Positions 56,515 through 64,000 of a DNA stretch of 64,000 bases are shown one piece after another (position 1 is the first letter of the stretch; each line of letters starts with the position of its first letter). The notes under the pieces are model-generated. The model ran no database searches, was not told where the DNA came from, and saw nothing but the letters and a program-made list of their open reading frames with translations. The DNA is from an uncultured bacterium (GTDB taxonomy: Bacteria; Auribacterota; UBA3054; JAPLST01), in NCBI GenBank assembly GCA_964397565.1, contig CAYNJC010000024.1, forward strand, positions 2,535 to 66,534, given 5' to 3'. Position numbers and translations under genes: made by a program.

Positions 56515-57450
56515 TTATGCTGGTGGCGCGCCCTGTTTCTGGGGCGGCACGGCGTCGCGCTCGCGCAGCATGCGGACATGGGCGCAACGGAACTCGCGCA
56601 GCCATTGGTCGAACGCTTGATCGCGTTTTAAGCCGGCGAAATAGTTGGTGTAGATGGTCTGCATGGCTTGGGCGTCGAAGACGGGCAGGCGCGAGGGATC
56701 GCGCGCCATCAGGATGGTCTCGTACACCTCGCGGCCCTTGGCGGTGATGTCCTTGGTCGGAATGCCCATGTCAATGTGCTTCGGATAGCCCTTAATGCCA
56801 AGGTCACGGTAGAAATTGATCGTGCCGAAGGTCGGTTCGGCCAGGCCCAGGTCGTATTCGGCGCGCGGCAAGTCGCTGTAGGCGCACTTGAAAATCCAAA
56901 TGGCGGTACCTTCGTTCAACGCGGAAATGCCGCCGGCGGCGTGCTGCTGGTGGTTGAAAATGTGAAATAACTCATGGGTGATCGTGTTGCGCAAGACGGT
57001 GATGTCCTTCTGGCCAAGCATGCCGCTGCTGAGTGAAATATGGTCGCCGGCGGCATACGCGCCACTGGGCGCATCATGCATGCGAATCTGGGTGGTGGCG
57101 TAGAGTTCAAGATAAAAGCCGAGGTCCGGACTGTCGGTGACCAGGAGGGCGGCCTCGGTCACCCGTTGCGTTTCGGCCGGCGTGACGGTGATATCCAGCG
57201 CGCAACTGACCAGCTGTCGGCGCTGCGGCGGTGTGAGCGCTTGGAGGGCGGCATTGATGTTGCTCGCCGGCTGGGTCGCGCACCAGGCGGCGATGGCCGC
57301 GCGGCTGGCATTGGTGAGCAGCAACATGGGCGGCAGCGTTCGCGACGCGGCGGTCGCTTCCGTGGCATTGGTGGCGGCAGCGGCGCTGCAGACGAGGGCG
57401 CAAACGACAAAACACGTCGATAGCAGATGGCGCAATGGGTTGATGGACAT
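56515..57450 (-). CDS. Exported putative zinc metallopeptidase (gluzincin-like)
   Basis: Signal peptide; THELFH followed by LNEG; TGATG coupling to the upstream gene. Confidence 0.7.
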   Translation of the reverse strand: MSINPLRHLLSTCFVVCALVCSAAAATNATEATAASRTLPPMLLLTNASRAAIAAWCATQPASNINAALQALTPPQRRQLVSCALDITVTPAETQRVTEAALLVTDSPDLGFYLELYATTQIRMHDAPSGAYAAGDHISLSSGMLGQKDITVLRNTITHELFHIFNHQQHAAGGISALNEGTAIWIFKCAYSDLPRAEYDLGLAEPTFGTINFYRDLGIKGYPKHIDMGIPTKDITAKGREVYETILMARDPSRLPVFDAQAMQTIYTNYFAGLKRDQAFDQWLREFRCAHVRMLRERDAVPPQKQGAPPA

Positions 57451-59996
57451 CAGTGGGTGGAGGTGGGTGAGTGACGTGCGCGCAGGCACAAGAGAATAAG
57501 CGCGGCACCAGCGAGCAATGCTGGTTCCGGCACGACAAGGAAGGGGAACGGCCAGAAGATGTGCTCGGTCGTGTTGCTGGCGGCGTCGCGCACGACAAAG
57601 CGAATGACCAAGCCGTTGCTATTGCTTTCGAGGTTGGCGGGCGGCGCCCACGCGGCCAGGCCGGCGCTGTTGTTGACATCGCTGGCGATGGCGGCGACTT
57701 CCTGCGTACTGCCGCTGTCATGCGCGCTGATCCAGGTGATGACACAGCTGGTGCCATTGACCACATCGGTAATCTTGGCGGGGGCCCAAGTGACGTTGCG
57801 CAGCACTTCGGAAAGCAGCAGCGCGCCATTGGTCGGGAACGTCAGTGCGTCATCGGCGACGAAGGGTGGCGTGGTGTCAGGCTCGATCGTGAAGGGGAAC
57901 GCGGTGAAGACGCGATTGGTCTCGTTCATCGAGGTGTCGCGCGCGGTGACACTGATAGCGCAGACGGTGGTGGTCGCGACGAGGTCGGCGGGAATCGTCC
58001 ACGAACGCGTGCCGCTGTTGCTGAAATTGCCGCCGATGACGGCCAGTTCGTTGGTCGTGCCATACGCGAGCACGCTCATGCGCGTGATGGTGCAGCCGGT
58101 GCCATCCGCTTCGTCATTGATGCGATAGGCGATCCAGCGCAGCGTGATGGCTTGGCCATTGAACAGGCGCGCGCCGGGATAGGGATTGAGTTGCGCTTCA
58201 CAACCAATTTGCGGCGGGGTTGTATCCTGGCGCACATAGGTGACGACTTGCGTATCAGCCAGGCCGCCCGGCCCATTGGCAGTGACGGTGAGAACATTGG
58301 TGCCCTTGGCGGGCGTGACGGCACGACGCCATGCGCCATAGTAGTAACTGGCGGCGCTGCCGTTGACGCGCACGGCGGTGGGCGTGGTCGTGCCGCTCAT
58401 GACGACGGCGACATCGAGACTGCTGCCGAGCGGCGTAAAATAGCCGTTGGTTGGCGTAATGCCGGCAATGCGAAAGGTGCCGTCGAGCATGGCGACGCCG
58501 AGGGCATACGTGGCGGTCTGCACATTACCGCGCCAAAACGCCAGATTGAATTCCATGGCATTGAGGAAACCAAAGCCGGTCTGGGCGCCCTGCTCGACGC
58601 GCAGCAGGAGATCGCCGCGCGAGATGCCGTAGCCGTGGGAGATGAAGCCGGAGGTGCTGAACGGGCAGCGGCCAAGGGCGACGCGACCGTCGGCATCGCT
58701 GGTCAATGTCAGATTGGGCGCATTGGTGAATTTCTTGCCGTACCACGAGCCGGTGTTTTGGGCTTGGTAAACTTTGACGGTGGCATTGGAGATCGGTTCG
58801 CCCAGCGCGCCGCGCACCGTGAGAACATTCTGGGTTGGCAGGTTTTGGAGGTACACGCCGATGTTGCCGGGTGAGTTGTAGTTCCCGAGAATCGCGCGGC
58901 GGCCGGCAATAAAATTCAGGGCCGGCGCGCTGTAGTGGTCGACCATATCGTAGGGGCCGGACATCAAGCCATAGCCGGGCCAGCCGAAGGATGTCGGGAA
59001 ATAAGCCGAATCGGCCCAGGGCGGGTTGATCGGCAGATAGGGTGTGCCCGAGATCCAATTGCCGTTGACTTGCACCGTGCAGTTGCTCCACCAGGGCGGA
59101 TTGGGCGGATTATAGGCCGGAGTTTCGTGGTAATTAAAGCCGTAGGTGTCAATCAAGTAGCGGGCATGGCCGAGCTCGTGAATGAGCGAGCCCTCGAAAT
59201 AAAAAGGTTTATCATCATTGATCGTGGTGTGATCGCTATAGGCGGAGAAATTGCCGCCGTCGGGCACGGGGAAGCCCCACTGCAGATCGACTGTACGATT
59301 GGTGTAATCCGGATCATTCGAGGCAATCCCGCCGTTGAGCGGCAGTTCGCCGTCCTCGACCATGTTGATCTGGTCCAGGCGGATGCGGTCGAGCACGCCG
59401 GCGGGCGCCTCGGGATAGACCGCGCGGGCGAACATTTGGTTCCAGCGTGTGACTTGCCGCTGGGCCCAATCTTCCCAGCCGTTGGCGCCGATGTTGAGGT
59501 CTTTTTGATATTGATGGAAGTAATTATAGGTAGTGCGCTCGACCCAGAAGCCGACACTGATCGCATCCGTATTGAGATACAGGCGGTTATTCAACTCTGA
59601 AAACTCGGGGGAGGCGTTGTCGCTGTCGATGGCAAACGACAAAAGATGTCGATTGAACGTCCACGGCCAAGCCAAATCAACGATGGTGTGGGCATTGGTG
59701 GCCAGAGTGACGACGCCGGTGGCAATGACGGTACCGTCGAGCGACCAGGTGTAGGCCACATTGGTCTTGACGGTGTCGGACCAGTTCTTGACAAAGGCGC
59801 GCCAGGTGACGACCTGGTTGTTGGTCGGCCAGCCGTCGCGCGTGGCATTGGTACTGCCCCACACATAGGGGATGCTGGGCAGGCGCTTGATCCAGCCGGC
59901 ATCAATGTCATTGTCATGCGGCGCGGCGAAACCGGCGGCGGTGAGCAGTGTGGCACACAAGTAAATACAAGAGGCAGAGCGAGTGAGATCAGCCAT
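57450..59996 (-). CDS. PEP-CTERM protein with CARDB-like domain, HEXXH metallopeptidase-like domain and Ig-like repeats
   Basis: Signal peptide; DSDN...E.SELNN; IHELGH plus GLMS Met-turn-like motif; two DTTPP repeats; VPEP + TM. Confidence 0.8.
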   Translation of the reverse strand: MADLTRSASCIYLCATLLTAAGFAAPHDNDIDAGWIKRLPSIPYVWGSTNATRDGWPTNNQVVTWRAFVKNWSDTVKTNVAYTWSLDGTVIATGVVTLATNAHTIVDLAWPWTFNRHLLSFAIDSDNASPEFSELNNRLYLNTDAISVGFWVERTTYNYFHQYQKDLNIGANGWEDWAQRQVTRWNQMFARAVYPEAPAGVLDRIRLDQINMVEDGELPLNGGIASNDPDYTNRTVDLQWGFPVPDGGNFSAYSDHTTINDDKPFYFEGSLIHELGHARYLIDTYGFNYHETPAYNPPNPPWWSNCTVQVNGNWISGTPYLPINPPWADSAYFPTSFGWPGYGLMSGPYDMVDHYSAPALNFIAGRRAILGNYNSPGNIGVYLQNLPTQNVLTVRGALGEPISNATVKVYQAQNTGSWYGKKFTNAPNLTLTSDADGRVALGRCPFSTSGFISHGYGISRGDLLLRVEQGAQTGFGFLNAMEFNLAFWRGNVQTATYALGVAMLDGTFRIAGITPTNGYFTPLGSSLDVAVVMSGTTTPTAVRVNGSAASYYYGAWRRAVTPAKGTNVLTVTANGPGGLADTQVVTYVRQDTTPPQIGCEAQLNPYPGARLFNGQAITLRWIAYRINDEADGTGCTITRMSVLAYGTTNELAVIGGNFSNSGTRSWTIPADLVATTTVCAISVTARDTSMNETNRVFTAFPFTIEPDTTPPFVADDALTFPTNGALLLSEVLRNVTWAPAKITDVVNGTSCVITWISAHDSGSTQEVAAIASDVNNSAGLAAWAPPANLESNSNGLVIRFVVRDAASNTTEHIFWPFPFLVVPEPALLAGAALILLCLRARHSPTSTH

Positions 59997-60068
59997 GATT
60001 GTGTCGGATAAACCGTTGGTAGTTACTGCGCCGGTTGCTGCGGCACGGTTAAGCAGCTATATAAATGT

Positions 60069-60078
60069 ATTATAGCAT
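60069..60078 (-). promoter_or_regulatory. Extended -10 promoter ATGCTATAAT
   Basis: Perfect TGn-TATAAT upstream of the PEP-CTERM peptidase. Confidence 0.6.
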
Positions 60079-60092
60079 AAATTGGTGCGCGC

Positions 60093-62819
60093 TTACGGGG
60101 TGGTGGCACTGCGGGTGTCGGGTGTGTGTGTGCCGGGCGCAACGGCGCGCGTGATCGTGATCGAATCGCTGCCGACAATGCCGCTGGTATTGGTGCCGCT
60201 GATGGTCAGCAGATTACCGCCGAACTGCAGCGCAATGCCGGTCGCCTGCCAGGACGATGTGGCGCAAAACGAGCCGCCACCGCCGCGCTCGTTGATCCAT
60301 TGCATCGTGCCCACCACGTTCCGCGTGGTACCGCCCACCGCCGTGCTGGCACTGGTCACCGTGCTGATGGCATTGGTGACATCAACCAACGGCGCGGTCG
60401 CTCGCGGCACGTGGAAAATGATGCGATTCCAGGTATGATCCTGCAGCACAAAGGATGAGCCGTCGAAGAAACAAAAGGCGGGCTGGCCCAGATAGGTGTT
60501 GATGATATGCGTGGGCTGCGGATTGGCGCCGGTCTGTGGTGTGGGGTAGACAAACAGGTGCATGCCCTGAGGGGTGTTGTAGGTGTCGTCGGTCAACACC
60601 ATGGCGTTGGCGCTGTTGAAGGTCAGGGTGATCGGTGTGCCGGGGCGATTGGCGTCGTTGTAATCGCGGGTGGTCGTGAGCGTCGGCTTGCAGAAGACCG
60701 CATCGGCCGCCGTGTTGGGGAAAATGTTGCCGTCGACCGGGTAGGTATGGGCTTCGTCGAAGCGCACGACGCGGCGGTTGCCGGCATTATCGACGCGGCC
60801 CTCGTAGCCGGAGTCAACGATGTAAAGGTTGCGGTAGTTGTCGAGAAAGACCTGCGACGGACTTGCCATGTCGGTCGCGTCAACGGTGAACGGACCGTAC
60901 GGCTCGAAGTACTTGCCTTTGTTTCTCAGGTTGCCGGTCTTGTTGGTCTGGCCGAGCACGAGGTCAACCAACGGATTGGTGGCCAACGGATTGCGGATGC
61001 GCAGCACGCGCGAGCCGGGATAGTCGTCACGCACATGATTTTGCGTGACCCACAGCACATTGCTGACCGGATCATAGCACACGCTTTCGAAAGGCACCGG
61101 CGCGCAGTCGCTGTTGTCGTCCGCCCATTTGAGTTGGTTGGCCTGGTTGCCGTCAATCGTTTTGAAGGGGGCGCAATCGCGCCCGCCGCGGGTAATCGGC
61201 AGATGAAACATAAACAGTTTCCCGTCGGCGGTCACGAAGAGGATATTGCTGCTGGCATGCAGAAAGTTGGGAAAGCGGCCTTCAAAGGTGCCGCCGGGTT
61301 CGCTCTGCTCCATGGCTGACTGGCCAATGACCACATCCGCCGACTGAAAGTTGACTGCCATGGGATAGTTGGTCCAGACCAAGATGCGATAACGGTCGTG
61401 CACGAACAGTTGGTTCTTCCAGCGCGCCATGCCCCAGTTGTCCCAGGTCGTGCGCCCGCTGATTGCGTTCATGCCTTCCTTCATCATCTCGCCGTTGGAC
61501 CGGACCAGGCCCTGGGCATTGCGCGTGATGGGCAGGGGAAAGCGGACGACTTTGCTGTGCCCGCCAAAACCGGCGAGGTAGAGATTGGTGTGGGCGTCAA
61601 TACTGATGCTGCCGTCTGGTTGCCCGAAGCGGGCCACGGAGCCGTCCGGGCGCACATACGGGCCGAGGTCAAGAAAGTTTGTCGGATTCTGCTGGCCGAT
61701 GCAGTCAAGCGGCTGGCCGGTGACATGGTTGAACTTGACGATGCGATTGTTACCGCCGTCGGCGACCCAGACAACGTTTGAATCAAACGGATCAAGGCAA
61801 AAGCCACGAGCCCACCAGAACACATTAGTGCCGAATTCGTTCGTCTGGCTGAACGCGCGGTTGGCGCGCATGCCGTTCGAGAACGGCGGGCGGAAGACCA
61901 TGATGCGCGGGCCGATGCGCTCGTCGTACCAGTCGTTGCGACAGTCGAGAACGAAGACCTCGTGCGTCTGCGGATGCACGCGCACGCCACTCGGCCGGTT
62001 CATTTCGTTCAGCGCTGTGCCGATGCCGTTGTTGGTGAACGTGGATTGGCCGAGCACCAGCGTGGCGCGCTTGGCACCGTTGGTGAAGCAGAGCACACGA
62101 CTGTTGTCCGTGTCGGCGACCCAAATATTGCCGTCCGCATCCACATCCACACCGGAGGAGTATGCGCCCTGGGTGCTCAGTGTGGTGGCACTGGTGGGTG
62201 GCGGTGTGTGCGTGTTATCAGGCGAGCGGTTGGTGAACGAGGTCTGACCCCAGACATCGTCCGCGATTTGATCGGTCTCGAACGGATCAAGATACTTGAG
62301 CACGCGGTTGTTGCACAAATCCACCACGTAGAAATTGCCGGCGGCGTCCGTGGCCATCATGCTGGAGCGCGGTGATTCGGAGACGCTGCTGACAAACGGA
62401 TATGACATCAGCGCAAGCGTTGCGGCAGTCGGCGGTAAAAACTTGGTGCTGTTGCCATTGACAGAGCCGACGTCCCACATAGCGGGCTGGCCAATGACGA
62501 TGTCCGCCCACGGATATGGGCCGTTTGGCAGCGTTGCCGGCTTCCAACCGTTGAAACCGAGAATGCGATTGTTGGCCGAGTCGAACAGATAAATGCGCGG
62601 CGGATTCTTGCTGGTGTCCACGTGAACGCCACCAATGTGCGCGCCAGCATACGGCACAATCCGATTTACCATGATTTCCTCTTGGCGCGTCGTGCCGAGA
62701 TATTTACTGATGGCCAGATCCAGCGCCGGCAGGGGCGTGGCGGCGAAGGCGGCGGATGCGGCAAGCGCGAAGGCAGTCACTGTGGACAATGTCAGGCGAT
62801 GAGGTTGCACAATTAGCAC
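60093..62819 (-). CDS. Large exported NHL-repeat beta-propeller protein lacking PEP-CTERM
   Basis: Signal peptide; repeated D..NNR(V/I)L...AD.V.GQ motifs; paralog of 62849-64000. Confidence 0.85.
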   Translation of the reverse strand: MLIVQPHRLTLSTVTAFALAASAAFAATPLPALDLAISKYLGTTRQEEIMVNRIVPYAGAHIGGVHVDTSKNPPRIYLFDSANNRILGFNGWKPATLPNGPYPWADIVIGQPAMWDVGSVNGNSTKFLPPTAATLALMSYPFVSSVSESPRSSMMATDAAGNFYVVDLCNNRVLKYLDPFETDQIADDVWGQTSFTNRSPDNTHTPPPTSATTLSTQGAYSSGVDVDADGNIWVADTDNSRVLCFTNGAKRATLVLGQSTFTNNGIGTALNEMNRPSGVRVHPQTHEVFVLDCRNDWYDERIGPRIMVFRPPFSNGMRANRAFSQTNEFGTNVFWWARGFCLDPFDSNVVWVADGGNNRIVKFNHVTGQPLDCIGQQNPTNFLDLGPYVRPDGSVARFGQPDGSISIDAHTNLYLAGFGGHSKVVRFPLPITRNAQGLVRSNGEMMKEGMNAISGRTTWDNWGMARWKNQLFVHDRYRILVWTNYPMAVNFQSADVVIGQSAMEQSEPGGTFEGRFPNFLHASSNILFVTADGKLFMFHLPITRGGRDCAPFKTIDGNQANQLKWADDNSDCAPVPFESVCYDPVSNVLWVTQNHVRDDYPGSRVLRIRNPLATNPLVDLVLGQTNKTGNLRNKGKYFEPYGPFTVDATDMASPSQVFLDNYRNLYIVDSGYEGRVDNAGNRRVVRFDEAHTYPVDGNIFPNTAADAVFCKPTLTTTRDYNDANRPGTPITLTFNSANAMVLTDDTYNTPQGMHLFVYPTPQTGANPQPTHIINTYLGQPAFCFFDGSSFVLQDHTWNRIIFHVPRATAPLVDVTNAISTVTSASTAVGGTTRNVVGTMQWINERGGGGSFCATSSWQATGIALQFGGNLLTISGTNTSGIVGSDSITITRAVAPGTHTPDTRSATTP

Positions 62820-62848
62820 TCAGGTGTAGTGTTATTAAATACTCACAG

Positions 62849-64000
62849 TTATACAACAAAGCGGCAAGCGTGCCTGCGCAGCAACGCCGGCGCCAGCAGA
62901 GCGAGAAGAACGCCTGGCTCCGGCACGCCGATCTGCTGAAGCGTGATCGAATCGCTGCCGACAATGCCGTTGACGTTGGTGCCGCTGATGGTCACCAAAT
63001 TGCCGCCGAATTGCAGCGGAATGTTGGTCACTTGCCAGGGTGATGTCGCGGGAAACGCGCCGCCGTCACCGCATTCGTTGACCCAGTGCATCGTGCCGAC
63101 CACGTTCACATTGGTGCCGCCAATAGCCGTCGCCGCGCCCATCACGGTGCTGTTGTTGTTGGTGACATCAACCAGCGGCGCAGTCGGGCGCGGCACATGG
63201 AAAATGATCCGATTCCAGGTGTGATCCTGCAGCACAAACAGCGGGCCGTCAAAGAAGCCAAACGCGGGCTGGCCAAGATAGGTGTTGATGATATGCGTGG
63301 GCTGCGGATTGGCGCCGGTCTGCGGTGTGGGATAGAAAAACAGGTGCATGCCCTGGGGGGTGTCGTAGGTGTCGTCGGCCAACACCATTTCGTTGGCGCT
63401 GTTGAACGTCAGGGTAATGGGTGTGCCGGGCCGATTGGCGTCGCCGTAGTCGCGGGTAGTGGTGAGCGTCGGCTTGCAGATGACCGCGTCAGCCGCCGTG
63501 TTGGGAAAGATAGTACCACCGACCGGATAGGTCTTGACTTCGTTAAAGCGGACGACGCGGCGATTGCCGGCATTGTCGATGCGGCCCTCGTAGCCGGAAT
63601 CGACGACGTACAGGTTGCGGTAGTTGTCGAGAAAGACCTGGGCCGGATTGGCCATGTCGGTCGCGTCAACGGTGAACGGACCAGATGGTTCACTGTATTT
63701 GCCTTTGTTTTTCAGGCCGCCAGTCTTGTTGGTCTGGCCGAGCACGAGATCCACCCGCGGAATGGCGGCAAACGGATCGCGGATGCGCAGAACGCGCGCG
63801 CCGGGATAGCTGTCGCTTGAGTGATTGTGCGCGACCCACAGCACATTGCTCACCGGATCATAGCATACGCCGTTGAAGGATACCGGGGTGCAATCGCTGT
63901 TGTCGTCCGCCCACTTGAGTTGATTGGCCTGCCCGCTGTCAATCGTTTTGAAGGGGGCGTAAGCGCGCCCGCCGTTGGTAATCGGCAGGTGAAACATGAA
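62849..64000 (-). CDS. NHL-repeat beta-propeller PEP-CTERM protein, 5' part outside window
   Basis: Collinear with the C-terminal ~380 aa of 60093-62819 but ends VPEPGVLLALLAPALLRR. Confidence 0.85.
   Translation of the reverse strand, partial: FMFHLPITNGGRAYAPFKTIDSGQANQLKWADDNSDCTPVSFNGVCYDPVSNVLWVAHNHSSDSYPGARVLRIRDPFAAIPRVDLVLGQTNKTGGLKNKGKYSEPSGPFTVDATDMANPAQVFLDNYRNLYVVDSGYEGRIDNAGNRRVVRFNEVKTYPVGGTIFPNTAADAVICKPTLTTTRDYGDANRPGTPITLTFNSANEMVLADDTYDTPQGMHLFFYPTPQTGANPQPTHIINTYLGQPAFGFFDGPLFVLQDHTWNRIIFHVPRPTAPLVDVTNNNSTVMGAATAIGGTNVNVVGTMHWVNECGDGGAFPATSPWQVTNIPLQFGGNLVTISGTNVNGIVGSDSITLQQIGVPEPGVLLALLAPALLRRHACRFVV

Overview
A 64 kb chromosomal window from a GC-rich, Gram-negative, probably anaerobic bacterium. 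A PVC-superphylum affiliation is inferred from the NusA N-terminus, the absence of rimP before nusA, two lpxA paralogs, CdaA and several PEP-CTERM proteins. Housekeeping blocks: dnaX-aspS-NHL-AsmA-lepA; nusA-infB-rbfA-DHH-trxB-MetF-like; skp-lpxD-lpxC-fabZ-lpxA followed by a sugar oxidoreductase and two isomerases; tRNA-Ser(UGA); an acyl-CoA dehydrogenase/EtfB/ferredoxin-EtfA module; azoR; apbE; fcl; tsaB. Envelope functions are dense: five PEP-CTERM proteins (two tandem paralog pairs), a TIGR04073-like exosortase-associated protein, two priming sugar transferases, GT2 and GT-C-like genes, and a serine-palmitoyltransferase-like enzyme. Most unusual: (i) a 37.4-39.6 kb locus where an AT-rich membrane-protein gene is bracketed by a 27-bp inverted repeat (TCAAC..TCA.TGCATGACCCTA), with further copies of that site and REP-like palindromes around it, suggestive of a gene-cassette or recombination system; (ii) a 127-bp TA-ended MITE/REPIN-like element in two copies; (iii) an apparent enrichment of Thr/Ser-Asn dipeptides in exported proteins, a candidate glycosylation motif. 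All calls come from reading the sequence by eye; no database searches were run.
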